Below, piece after piece: positions 1 through 8,795 of a stretch of DNA of 37,901 bases. Below the pieces are notes generated by a model. That model saw nothing but the letters and a program-made list of their open reading frames with translations, was not told where the DNA came from and ran no database searches. Source of the DNA: an uncultured Sphingobacteriaceae bacterium (GTDB taxonomy: Bacteria > Bacteroidota > Bacteroidia > Sphingobacteriales > Sphingobacteriaceae); NCBI GenBank assembly GCA_937875035.1, contig CALNCF010000328.1, positions 1 through 37,901 on the forward strand, read 5' to 3'. Numbering within the stretch: the first letter of the stretch is position 1; the number at the start of each line of letters is the position of its first letter. The translations under genes and the position numbers were made by a program.

Positions 1-1
1 C

Positions 2-493
2 CGCCGCGTGCTGAGCGGTGAGTTCATCATTGTGAACAAGCACCTGCTGAAAGACCTGGTAGAGCTGGACCTGTGGAACAACGACATGAAGAACCAGATC
101 ATCGCGGCCAATGGCTCGATCCAGGAGATCGATGCGATCCCGCTGCACATCAAGGAGCTGTACAAGACCGTATGGGAGATCAAGCAGCGTAACCTGATCG
201 ACATGGCTGCCGACCGCGGCGCCTATATCTGCCAGTCGCAGTCGCTGAACCTGTTCATCGACAGCCCGAGCTCGGCCAAACTGACCTCGATGCATTTCTA
301 CGGATGGAAGAAGGGACTGAAAACAGGCATGTATTACCTGCGTACCCAGGCCGCTACGCAAGCCGTACAGTTTACGGTAGAAAAGCAAGGGGGGAAAAGC
401 ATGGAACCGGTGATCCCGGTGGCGGCAGGCGAAGAAGAAATGATGGGACAGAGCTGCAGCATGGAAGAAGGCTGTGTAACCTGCAGCGCATAA
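2..493 (+). CDS. nrdA: Ribonucleoside-diphosphate reductase alpha subunit, C-terminal fragment (5' end lies outside the window)
   Basis: The frame is open from the window edge. It contains the conserved class I RNR tail ...[28 protein letters not shown] and a terminal Cys pair (GCVTCSA), typical of the C-terminal redox shuttle. Confidence 0.9.
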   Translation, partial: RRVLSGEFIIVNKHLLKDLVELDLWNNDMKNQIIAANGSIQEIDAIPLHIKELYKTVWEIKQRNLIDMAADRGAYICQSQSLNLFIDSPSSAKLTSMHFYGWKKGLKTGMYYLRTQAATQAVQFTVEKQGGKSMEPVIPVAAGEEEMMGQSCSMEEGCVTCSA

Positions 494-511
494 CCTATTA
501 ACCAACGCTGA

Positions 512-730
512 ATGGCGAATCACGAACCGAAGCTATGCGAACGCTGCCAGCGCAGGTTCGAATGTAAGTCGGGCTCGGTGCTGCAATGCCAGTGCAACGG
601 TATACTGCTCAACGAAGAAGCAAAACGCTTTATCGAAGCGCGGTATACCGACTGCCTTTGCCGCGACTGCCTGATCGCCGTTCAGCGTTATATATCACCC
701 ACTGACCCTACCCAATATTTTAGCTCATGA
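512..730 (+). CDS. Small cysteine-rich protein (Cys_rich_CWC-like)
   Basis: 72 aa with the pattern CxxC-x5-C-x8-CxC ... CxCxxC (CERCQRRFEC...CQCNG...CLCRDCL). Its stop overlaps the next start (ATGA at 727-730). Confidence 0.6.
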   Translation: MANHEPKLCERCQRRFECKSGSVLQCQCNGILLNEEAKRFIEARYTDCLCRDCLIAVQRYISPTDPTQYFSS

Positions 731-1110
731 ATATAGAAGAACGCATCCGCCTGTCGGAAACCCGCATCTTTAAAGCCGTATTCCCGAATACCACGAATCA
801 CTACGATACCCTGTTCGGCGGAACCGCCATGCACCTGATGGACGAAGTAGCCTTTATCACTGCCACCCGTTTCAGCAGGCAGCGCATGGTAACCGTATCT
901 TCCGACCGCATCGACTTTAAAAGACCCATCCCCCATGGTACCATTATCGAGCTGGTGGGACGCGTAACCTACCTGGGTAACACCAGCTTAAAGGTACGTG
1001 TAGACATCTATATCGAGCAGATGTACAGCGAAGGCCGGGAGAAAGCCATTACCGGCGACTTCACCTTTGTAGCCATCAACGAAGAGAAAAAACCGGTCAA
1101 AATCTCCTGA
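727..1110 (+). CDS. Acyl-CoA thioesterase (hotdog fold, YciA-like)
   Basis: 127 aa. The stretch FPNTTNHYDTLFGGTAMHLMDEVAFITATRF...VTVSSDRIDFKRPI is characteristic of the 4HBT/acyl-CoA thioesterase family. Confidence 0.85.
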   Translation: MNIEERIRLSETRIFKAVFPNTTNHYDTLFGGTAMHLMDEVAFITATRFSRQRMVTVSSDRIDFKRPIPHGTIIELVGRVTYLGNTSLKVRVDIYIEQMYSEGREKAITGDFTFVAINEEKKPVKIS

Positions 1111-1239
1111 TCATTTGGATTTAAAGGATAAATCTCCGCTTTTATTACGCAAACCTGATCTATATCATATTTTTATCCTTCACAAGGGACTATGTTTGAT
1201 CTGCACTGTACGGAACAGTGTGCAAGCATTTAAACACTT

Positions 1240-2158
1240 GTGGTCGTATTGTTCATATCCGTACTGGAACTGTTCACCACGACGCATAATAAAGCAGGCT
1301 CGGCACTCGACAGCCTTCAGCACATCGAAGACCTCGACTCGCTGGCCCTGTTCAGCTTCGCTGTAATGGGCGATAACCAGGGGCAGGAAGCCAGGGATAA
1401 CCTGCGCATGGCCCGTATGACCAAATGGATCGATGACAGCGGAGACGCTTTTGTGATCGGCACCGGCGACCATATTTCCGACGCGCACGGGAACGGGGTC
1501 CTCAGCTTTATCCGGCAGCAGGACTGGTGGCGCCGCCATTTCTACCCCATCGTAAGCGATGCCGAAAACGATTATTACGGCACAGGCCAGGACGACTGGG
1601 GCGCCGGGCGATGCCTGTTCGATGAGATCGACCTGCGCGAGCGCCCGGGGATCAGCTTCCATCACAACGATGTGGAATATTATGCGCCGATCAGCATCAA
1701 AGGATACATCATTCATTTCATCGCCCTGCATTACCCCGACCAGCCCGAAGAGGAACATCGCCAAGGGCAGCAAGGATATTATTATCGCGGCAGCGCATTC
1801 GCGCTGGGGCTTCTGGTACGATTACCTTTCCGAACGGCAGAAGAAGATCGTTAATGAAAAATGCGACCTCGTGCTTTCGGGTACCACCCATTGCTACGCG
1901 CGCGAAGTCCTTACCGGGCTCGAGCATTCCGGTCCGCTGATCCTCAACGCGGGCTCTCCCACCCTCGCGCGTTTCGGCTCACCCAACGGCTACCTCCAGG
2001 TACATGTGCTGGAAAACCCGCTCACCCTCGTGGTGCAATACCATGATGTGGACCAGGAACGCCGCACGTTGAACAACCCACCCTATGCCTTTTTCAAAGT
2101 AGTGAGCGGAAGCATCCAGGAAGCCATGCTCCACACCCCGGACCAGGGAGGGATCTGA
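1240..2158 (+). pseudogene. Metallophosphoesterase split across two frames (frameshift near 1745-1760)
   Basis: ORF 1240..1854 carries the N-terminal motifs (FAVMGDNQG, GTGDHISD). ORF 1559..2158 carries the continuation (IIIAAAHSRWGF...LVLSGTTHCY). The two frames join sensibly at ...ALHYPDQPEE / NIAKGSKDIII. Only a GTG start is available and there is no signal peptide. Confidence 0.65.
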
Positions 2159-2471
2159 TGGCAGGGCTCGACCTTTCCGTTTTCCGGCGAAAGCCGCTGC
2201 GGGGTATATTCCAGGGTCGTTGCTTTTGTAATATTTATGATGAACAAGGACGCCGGCCGACCCTTACCCTGCCTGCTGTTTCCTGCCTTCCGTTTGCAAT
2301 ACCCTCTCTGCTTTCCTTGCTATACAAGGGTTTGAGCTGACCCTTCATTCCGTGTTTCTCCTGCGGACCGGCATTATATACCAAATTTTTTACGTTCGGG
2401 GTTGATAAAGCATCCTGCTTAATTATTTATCATTGATCATACTTAATTGAAAAACATAATCATTCCCCCGT

Positions 2472-4910
2472 ATGAAAATGAGATCAATCTTTCTTGCGCT
2501 GCTTTGTGCGCTTTTCCTGCCCATGCTTGTACAGGCACAAAGCGGCAGGACCTATACGATCAAAGGCAGCTTGGCCGACTCGGTACAGTCAGCACCCGTG
2601 ATCTACGCCACCGTCAGCATCAAACTCGACAAGCAATCGGTACGCAGCGCGCTGAGCCGTGAAGACGGAAGCTTCATAATGGAAAAGATCGCTCCGGGCA
2701 CCTACGAATTATCGGTAGCCGCGGTAGGCTACCAGAGCTTTAGCCGGGAGCTTGTGATCGACAGCACATCGAAAAGTACCATTGACCTGGGAAAGATCCT
2801 GGTGGGCAGCCAGAACACACAGCTGAACGCTGTAGAAGTAACGGTAGACCGTCCGCTGGTGAAGCAGGAGATCGACAGGATCTCGTATGATGTACAGGCC
2901 GACCCGGAAAGCAAGATCCAGACCGCGCTGGACATGCTACGCAAGGTACCGCTGGTTACCGTAGACGGCGACGATAATATCCAGGTAAAGGGAAGCACGA
3001 ATTTCAAGGTGCTGATCAACGGCCGCCCTTCAGCCCTCGTGGCCAGGAGTCCGAAGGATGTATTCAAGTCGATGCCCGCGAGCAGCATCGTGAAGATCGA
3101 GGTGATCACCACGCCCCCGGCGAAGTATGACAGCGAAGGTCTGGCAGGGATCATCAACGTGATCACCACGCAAAAAATGGAATCGGGCTATAACGGTTCC
3201 ATCGGCATGCGGTATCACAATCCCTGGGGACCGGGTATAAACGCCTCCCTCACCCTGAAACATAAGAAGATCGCGCTGAGCGCATACTACGGGAACGGCT
3301 TTCAGAATATGCCCAGCACCGGGTTCTCCAGGAACCGCACAGGACTGAACCCGCAGACGCGGCTGGAACAGTACGGAAGCACCAAGAACGAATGGAACTG
3401 GCATTACATGCAGGCAGAGCTCAGCTACGAGATCGACACGCTGAACCTGGTCACTGCTGAGTTCGGGTATAACCCGGGCGACGGAAGCATGGTGGGCACC
3501 CAGTCCTCGGCGCTGTACAATGCTTCGGAAGTGATCGACCAGTCGTACGACCAGTATTCCAATAACAAGACCTCCTGGTCGGGGCTCGACCTGGGGCTGA
3601 ACTACCAGCACAGCTTCAAAAGAAATAAGGAACAGATCCTGACCCTTTCGTACAAGAACGCGAACAATTACGACGACGGGCTGAACAGCATGAGCCTCCA
3701 CAATGTATACAACTACAACGCGAAGGACTTCCGCCAGTACAACAAATCAGGCAGCCATGAGCAGACCTACCAGGTCGACTATATTCACCCGGTAAAAAAG
3801 GTAGACATTGAAGGCGGCATGAAAGCCATTATGCGGAATAATTTCAGTGAGTATCATTTTGATAATCTCGATCCGCTCAATGGCGAGTACGTAACAGATC
3901 CCGCGCAGACCAATGAGTTCAATTACCAGCAGGATGTGTACAGCGTATATAACTCCTACAATATCAAGCTGAAGACCTGGGGATTCAAAGCCGGGGCCCG
4001 GATCGAGAAGACAATAGTGGATGCCAATTTCCTGACAACCTCCACCACGGTAAAGCAGGATTATATGAACATCGTTCCTTCGCTTTCCATCCAGAAAAAA
4101 TTCAAGGAAGTACACAGCGTAACGGCAGGCTATACCCAACGGATCGCACGCCCCAGCATCTGGGAGCTGAACCCTTATGTAGACCGCTCCACGCCGAACT
4201 TCGAGAACTCGGGGAACCCGAACCTCGACGCGGTGATCAACCATAGCTTTGAAATGAATTACAGCACCTTTAAAAAGGGATCGCTGACACTGGGAAGCAG
4301 CTACTCCTTTGCCAATAATACCATTGAGAATGTGACCCGGCTCGAAGCCGATACCGTGAGCCGCACCACCTACGAGAATATAGGGCACGATCAGAGGCTT
4401 GGCTTCAACATGAGCGTGAACTACCCTTTCAACAGCAAGCTGAGCGTGACCATGAATTCTTCGCTCTCCTATGTATGGCTGAAAGGAACCTATAACGGGC
4501 TCGCTTACCAGAACGAAGGCGTGCAGGGCAATGCCTATGCCTTCGCGAGCTACACGCTTCCGAAAGAAGTGAAAGTAAGGCTCAACGCCGGATATTATAG
4601 TCCATGGCTGATGCTGCAAGGCGAATCGAGTCATTATGTGTACACCTCGTTCAGTGTATCGAGAGAATTCTTCGACAAGAAATTATCGGTTACCGCCAAT
4701 ATCAGCAACCCCTGGAACCGCTACCGCTACTGGGAACAGGACCTGAACACCAGCGATTTTGTGCAGCACATGCGCTACCAGCAATTGTACCGCTCGTATG
4801 GTATACGTGTTGCTTACCAGTTCGGCAAGCTCAGCGATTCGATCAGGAAGAACCAGCGTGGCATCAACAACGATGACGTGAAGGGCAAAAGCGGCGGCGG
4901 CGGACAATAG
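2472..4910 (+). CDS. Outer-membrane beta-barrel protein with an N-terminal carboxypeptidase-regulatory-like domain (TonB-dependent-receptor-like)
   Basis: 812 aa with signal peptide MKMRSIFLALLCALFLPMLVQAQ. It has a CarbopepD_reg-like segment (YTIKGSLADS...PGTYELSVAAVGYQS) and a plug-like segment (ISYDVQADPE...LRKVPLVTVDG). The rest is long and rich in aromatic/Gly/Asn residues, ending ...YGIRVAYQFG. Confidence 0.85.
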   Translation: MKMRSIFLALLCALFLPMLVQAQSGRTYTIKGSLADSVQSAPVIYATVSIKLDKQSVRSALSREDGSFIMEKIAPGTYELSVAAVGYQSFSRELVIDSTSKSTIDLGKILVGSQNTQLNAVEVTVDRPLVKQEIDRISYDVQADPESKIQTALDMLRKVPLVTVDGDDNIQVKGSTNFKVLINGRPSALVARSPKDVFKSMPASSIVKIEVITTPPAKYDSEGLAGIINVITTQKMESGYNGSIGMRYHNPWGPGINASLTLKHKKIALSAYYGNGFQNMPSTGFSRNRTGLNPQTRLEQYGSTKNEWNWHYMQAELSYEIDTLNLVTAEFGYNPGDGSMVGTQSSALYNASEVIDQSYDQYSNNKTSWSGLDLGLNYQHSFKRNKEQILTLSYKNANNYDDGLNSMSLHNVYNYNAKDFRQYNKSGSHEQTYQVDYIHPVKKVDIEGGMKAIMRNNFSEYHFDNLDPLNGEYVTDPAQTNEFNYQQDVYSVYNSYNIKLKTWGFKAGARIEKTIVDANFLTTSTTVKQDYMNIVPSLSIQKKFKEVHSVTAGYTQRIARPSIWELNPYVDRSTPNFENSGNPNLDAVINHSFEMNYSTFKKGSLTLGSSYSFANNTIENVTRLEADTVSRTTYENIGHDQRLGFNMSVNYPFNSKLSVTMNSSLSYVWLKGTYNGLAYQNEGVQGNAYAFASYTLPKEVKVRLNAGYYSPWLMLQGESSHYVYTSFSVSREFFDKKLSVTANISNPWNRYRYWEQDLNTSDFVQHMRYQQLYRSYGIRVAYQFGKLSDSIRKNQRGINNDDVKGKSGGGGQ

Positions 4911-4930
4911 TACCCGGCTCTGCATCTACC

Positions 4931-4963
4931 GGAGGGGTATCCTGGATAACAAGGTACCCCTCC
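4931..4963 (+). terminator. Stem-loop downstream of the OM barrel gene
   Basis: A 9-bp stem, ggaggggta (4931-4939) / tacccctcc (4955-4963), lies 21 nt after the stop. The trailing T tract is weak. Confidence 0.4.
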
Positions 4964-4996
4964 ATCCGTTTATGCGCTTTCCTCTCAGCGGAAATG

Positions 4997-5004
4997 TATA
5001 TTTG
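4997..5004 (+). promoter_or_regulatory. Bacteroidetes-type -7 promoter element (TAnnTTTG)
   Basis: TATATTTG is an exact match to the TAnnTTTG consensus. It sits about 50 nt upstream of the ATG at 5056. Confidence 0.3.
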
Positions 5005-5055
5005 CATACACGGCTCCGCCGGGAACCTGATTGTTGATACTTAATATAAAAACCT

Positions 5056-5400
5056 ATGGATGTATACGGAATACCTAACTGCGACACGGTAAAGAAAGCG
5101 CTGAATTTCCTGAAAGCGAATAACGCGGCCTATACCTTTCACGATTTTAAAAAAGAAGGGGTGAGCAGGGAACAACTGGAAAAATGGGCGAAGCAGCTGG
5201 GCTGGGAAACACTATTGAATAAGCGGGGCACCACCTGGCGCAAGCTGAGCCCGGAAGTGCAGGCCAGCGTACATACACAAGCCGATGCCATCCGCCTGAT
5301 GCAGGAACACAGCAGCCTGATCAAACGACCTGTAGTGGAAAAGGGGAATACCCTGAGCGCAGGCTTCGACGAAGCCCTGTTCCGGGAGAAATACCTGTAA
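5056..5400 (+). CDS. ArsC/Spx-family protein (YffB-like reductase)
   Basis: 114 aa. The N-terminal YGIPNCDTVKKA motif and LLNKRGTTWRKL are hallmarks of the ArsC/Spx/YffB thioredoxin-fold family. Confidence 0.85.
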   Translation: MDVYGIPNCDTVKKALNFLKANNAAYTFHDFKKEGVSREQLEKWAKQLGWETLLNKRGTTWRKLSPEVQASVHTQADAIRLMQEHSSLIKRPVVEKGNTLSAGFDEALFREKYL

Positions 5401-5452
5401 GCGTTTCTTGACCGGCCTGAGCCCCGCCGGGGCCACTAACATTGAATTCGAA

Positions 5453-5490
5453 ATGCCCTTCCTCATATCAGGAAGGGCATTTTTGTTTTT
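5453..5490 (+). terminator. Rho-independent terminator
   Basis: A 10-bp perfect stem, atgcccttcc (5453-5462) / ggaagggcat (5471-5480), is followed by tttttgttttt. Confidence 0.8.
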
Positions 5491-5811
5491 AAGGAAGTCG
5501 ATTTAGTAAAAAGGGCGGTAAAAGAAACACCCTTCTCACAGAATTTTGAAATATCGAAAGAGGTTTCTACCTTGTATTCATTCGGCGATACCCTGCGCCT
5601 TACCCAACAGTATTAAATTTAATAGTTCGATATAGCTTCCGAGTTCTGGGGGTGAATAAATTCATGAGTGAGATTTCGTGAGATGGATTGGATATGGTTC
5701 GAGCCCGAGTAGGGCTACGACTATATGGACAAGGAAGTATCGGGAAGGTAGAAAAAAAGGGCTGAGAAGGGTGGGTTGGTAAAGAGTTATAAAATCTACA
5801 ATAGGAAAACG

Positions 5812-6813
5812 ATGTTAGTATTATCTGAAAATTTACTGCAATCTGACCCGAATACCATCGAGTTACATTATTGGTTTCATGACGAAACACATTTGATGGA
5901 CGCTTTAATTCAGAACAGATGTGAATACGAATTTTTAGGCATCCTAAAAGAAATAGCTTCAACCTTTAAGGTTGAAATAACAATTGAAACGGAACCTCTT
6001 GCAAACGGGGGATTGAAAAGACTTTTTAAAATTGCGAGTAAAGATGTAAACAAGAATACAATCATAGTCACACTAATAACATCACTTTTAGCCGCAATAA
6101 TCGTAACACCGATAGCAACCTCAATTAGTAAAACAACCGAAATTCTTATTCAAAAACTTTTTGAAGATTCAGAATTAAAGGAGTTAGAAAAAGAAAAATT
6201 AAAGCTTGAAATTGAAAAATTGAAGCAGGAAACGCGGAGCAATATTTTAAAATTGGATAGTAGTAATGTAGTCAAAAAGAAGAGGTCAAATTTCTATGAA
6301 TCACTCGACAATTATCCAAAAATTGAAAAAGTAACTTTTATTGCTTCCGGTGAGAATCAAGCTTCATTGCTGGAAGAACAAACTGTTTTCAGGGCTGAAT
6401 TTAAGCAATTTATTCTTGTTACTGATGACCTAGAACCAAGTGAGGAGGATAATGCGATTATTGAGATAATTTCACCAGTACTGAAGAAAGGAGCGTATAA
6501 ATGGATGGGGATATATAATGGTGAAAATGTTTCTTTTAGTATGAAATCGAAGGAGTTTAAGAACTTAATTCAGACCGGCCAAGTACAATTCAAAAATGGA
6601 ACTTCAATTAACTGCCTGTTAACAATCAAGAAAAAAATTGACAATGAAGGCATTGAAAAAATAATCTCAATCGAAGTACCTAGAGTAAATCACTATTTTG
6701 AAAATGACAAACCAGTAGAAACATCGGAAGGGAAGAAGCATCGGCGTAAGAAAGAATACGAAAGATCACAAACAGAACTCTTTAGTAGTAATCAAGATAG
6801 TACAGAACTTTAA
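5812..6813 (+). CDS. Hypothetical membrane-anchored protein (N-domain, one TM helix, K/E coiled coil, beta-rich C-domain)
   Basis: The ORF track starts at TTG 5776 and the first ATG is at 5812 (MLVLSENLL). The hydrophobic segment TIIVTLITSLLAAIIVTPIATSI maps to about 6058-6126. The heptad-like EDSELKELEKEKLKLEIEKLKQE maps to about 6157-6243. I recognise no catalytic motif. Confidence 0.7.
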   Translation: MLVLSENLLQSDPNTIELHYWFHDETHLMDALIQNRCEYEFLGILKEIASTFKVEITIETEPLANGGLKRLFKIASKDVNKNTIIVTLITSLLAAIIVTPIATSISKTTEILIQKLFEDSELKELEKEKLKLEIEKLKQETRSNILKLDSSNVVKKKRSNFYESLDNYPKIEKVTFIASGENQASLLEEQTVFRAEFKQFILVTDDLEPSEEDNAIIEIISPVLKKGAYKWMGIYNGENVSFSMKSKEFKNLIQTGQVQFKNGTSINCLLTIKKKIDNEGIEKIISIEVPRVNHYFENDKPVETSEGKKHRRKKEYERSQTELFSSNQDSTEL

Positions 6814-6834
6814 AATAATTTTAAAAAAATAATT

Positions 6835-7413
6835 ATGGGATTAATGGTTCATAGCCTGGACGGTATACCGGAAGAACACCACAGGGATTATTTCATCTAT
6901 TTGCTTGATTACGGTTGGAGTGAACCATTAAGTGATGCCCTAAGAAACAATTTCGGGAAAATGGCAACTCTTGCTTCGGAAAGGAAAAACGCAGTTGTTA
7001 TAATGCGAACAGATGCTGGTGTACATTTTAGCGATGAAGTATTATCGTGGCACAATTTCAATGGGGAGGAAGTAGAAAAAGAACAACTATTACCCGCAAT
7101 TCTAGTGACTAATAGGCATCCTGCCGAATTTCGTAAGCGAGCGTTAAGAGAAGAGTGCGAGGCTGAGATTAATTTAAAAATGATTCTTTTTCCTCTTAAG
7201 AAATATTGTCAAAGCACAACTGATGTTGTAGCTCTTATACAAAAGATATTTACCAGTATTAAACTTGAGAGGGATTTGGATGATTTTGGAATTGTCAGAG
7301 AAAGGAAGAAAGGAATAAAAGGTGCAATAGCCAGTTCGATTTTATTAGAACCTAATTTTGGTGGATTAGGTTTTAGCTTTAATAAGTTAATTGAATATTT
7401 CAAAGAAGAATAA
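6835..7413 (+). CDS. Hypothetical protein (192 aa), second gene of the island operon
   Basis: The ATG lies 22 nt after the upstream stop. There is no TM segment, P-loop or nuclease motif that I recognise. Codon usage matches the neighbouring AT-rich genes. Confidence 0.7.
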   Translation: MGLMVHSLDGIPEEHHRDYFIYLLDYGWSEPLSDALRNNFGKMATLASERKNAVVIMRTDAGVHFSDEVLSWHNFNGEEVEKEQLLPAILVTNRHPAEFRKRALREECEAEINLKMILFPLKKYCQSTTDVVALIQKIFTSIKLERDLDDFGIVRERKKGIKGAIASSILLEPNFGGLGFSFNKLIEYFKEE

Positions 7414-8196
7414 ATGGAACAAAATGCTATAAATAATGAATTGAATTCTGAAGAATATAAACGCGAATGGCGAAGACTTATAGAAATGCGAAAATCTATT
7501 ATAGCATGTCTGGCATTTTGCTATATGAATTCAGCTAGGGATGGAAGCAGTGGTGGTCGAAATTTTTTCCTGCGTATGATCGATGATATCATTCAATCAA
7601 TCATATCAATAGAAATAAATGCTAATAACGGAATAGTAAATACTTGTAGAAGGGAGGCTCGTTATTTAGTAGAGTTGTCAATTAAGAGTTATTTTATTGT
7701 AACAAATAATACTAAAATAACATTTGAACAGCAAATAGATGAATATGAAAAACTATTAGATTCATCAAATATAAATCCTATTAACACTTTAAGTTTTCAT
7801 TATTTAACCGGTCATGAAGAAGAATTTAAAATGTATGTTAAGAGGTTATATGGTTACTTATGTATGTATTCTCACTCTAGCTCCTATCAAATTCGTGAAC
7901 GTTTGACCAGAGCCGAAGCGGGTAGAACTATCGGCTTTGAAGGAGTGCAAGAACTTCACAAATTGAATAATGATATTGAGAAAGTATTTTCTACTGTTAT
8001 TGTAATGATCTTTCATTCTGTTGCGCCTTATGTCACTGCTGATTTTTTGGTTGAACCTAACGGAGAAACGATAGATTGGTACTTCAATAAGTCAAAGTTT
8101 ATATGTTTGATAGATCAACAATTTGATTATAAATCAGAGCGACAATCAATATTGGCTGATTTGAATATCAGGAGAACAAATCGCGTAACATTTTAA
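7414..8196 (+). CDS. Hypothetical, apparently all-alpha protein (260 aa), third gene of the island operon
   Basis: The ATG directly abuts the upstream TAA (7411-7413), which suggests translational coupling. The segments CRREARYLVELSIKSYF and LYGYLCMYSHSSS loosely recall the AbiV/DUF5677-type helical families, but this is unverified. Confidence 0.7.
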   Translation: MEQNAINNELNSEEYKREWRRLIEMRKSIIACLAFCYMNSARDGSSGGRNFFLRMIDDIIQSIISIEINANNGIVNTCRREARYLVELSIKSYFIVTNNTKITFEQQIDEYEKLLDSSNINPINTLSFHYLTGHEEEFKMYVKRLYGYLCMYSHSSSYQIRERLTRAEAGRTIGFEGVQELHKLNNDIEKVFSTVIVMIFHSVAPYVTADFLVEPNGETIDWYFNKSKFICLIDQQFDYKSERQSILADLNIRRTNRVTF

Positions 8197-8213
8197 TGTT
8201 TCGTAGATATTCT

Positions 8214-8474
8214 TTATACTTTCGTATTACCAGAGTAATTCCATACCCCACTCTGCCCAATAATAATATGATCCAAAACTTTTACACCTATAAACTCTCC
8301 GAGTAATTCTAATCGCTTTGCAAGTATAATATCATTTGCACTTGGCAGAAGATTGCCGGAAGGGTGATTGTGAGCCATGATAACACTTGATGCGTTTACT
8401 TTCAATGCAACCTGGAAGATCAATAAAGGATCAACTGAGGTAGAGCTGAGACCACCGGAACTAAAACTTGACCG
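8214..8474 (-). pseudogene. 5'-truncated RadC-like JAB/MPN domain gene fragment
   Basis: It translates to SSGGLSSTSVDPLLIFQVALKVNASSVIMAHNHPSGNLLPSANDIILAKRLELLGEF...SGVWNYSG. This is paralogous to residues about 73-151 of the intact copy at 9107..9562. An in-frame stop lies at 8475-8477 and no ATG precedes the domain. Confidence 0.7.
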
Positions 8475-8795
8475 TTATGTCATGTAAACAATTAGCAGTA
8501 ATAGTAGTTCAATGGGAACTTGAATTCCATGTAAGAAGATTCAATTGCTTATATCTATAAAATAGATTTACCTTTTAAAGGGTCAATTTATAATTGAACG
8601 GAAAACAAAATGTGCCAAATTGACAATTACAGCCAAATGGCACATAAGTTGATGTTGCCATATACCAAATAATTAATGGATTAAAACTGTTTGGGAATGG
8701 GTTGTCACTGTTGACGCTACGAATATATAAAGATAACTCTACTATTAAAGAATCTGTGGGTTCGTACAATACGAATAAAACAAAACCAAATTGAT

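Noticed and set aside
1115-1773. ORFs 1115..1366 (+) and 1180..1773 (-) overlapping the metallophosphoesterase locus.
   Set aside because: They have no recognisable motifs and conflict with the frame that carries clear metallophosphoesterase signatures.
2158-2340. A 60-aa ORF in the 313-bp spacer before the OM barrel gene. I also looked here for a riboswitch (B12 box, TPP CUGAGA core).
   Set aside because: The ORF has no support (no motif and it overlaps the upstream stop). I saw no B12-box or TPP-type conserved cores.
3747-4634. A long antisense ORF (295 aa) inside the OM barrel gene. Similar antisense ORFs are 10226..10882, 25313..26152, 27957..28598, 36618..37223 and 21414..21971.
   Set aside because: These lie opposite or out of frame to genes with clear family motifs. 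They have low-complexity, Arg/Gly/Pro/His-rich composition typical of spurious ORFs in GC-rich coding DNA, and no recognisable domains.
5696-5717. A tRNA 3'-end-like string, GGTTCGAGCCCGAGTAGGGCTA (T-loop consensus plus a possible acceptor strand), near the left edge of island 1. It could be an att-site remnant.
   Set aside because: Only 2 bp of the 5' T-stem are present, the implied acceptor would start with A, and I saw no matching full tRNA or second copy at the other island boundary. A 9-nt GGTTCGAnnCC match is expected by chance at roughly the 0.3-per-window level. It is worth a tRNAscan/BLAST check but not supportable as a feature.
5600-5962. A 120-aa minus-strand ORF spanning the island boundary and overlapping the start of the first operon gene.
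   Set aside because: It has no motif, an odd composition and a conflict with a better-supported plus-strand gene. It probably lies in the promoter/leader region.
6157-6243. Repetitive gaaaaa/ttgaaaaa/aaagaaaaa strings that looked like a possible short tandem repeat or array.
   Set aside because: They are in frame and encode the K/E-rich heptad coiled coil of the first operon protein. There is no repeat-spacer periodicity, so this is not a CRISPR or a VNTR.
8575-8769. A 64-aa minus-strand ORF in the AT-rich spacer upstream of the DUF3892 gene.
   Set aside because: It has no motifs and a hydrophobic or aromatic low-information sequence typical of AT-rich non-coding DNA. It more likely lies in the DUF3892 promoter/leader.
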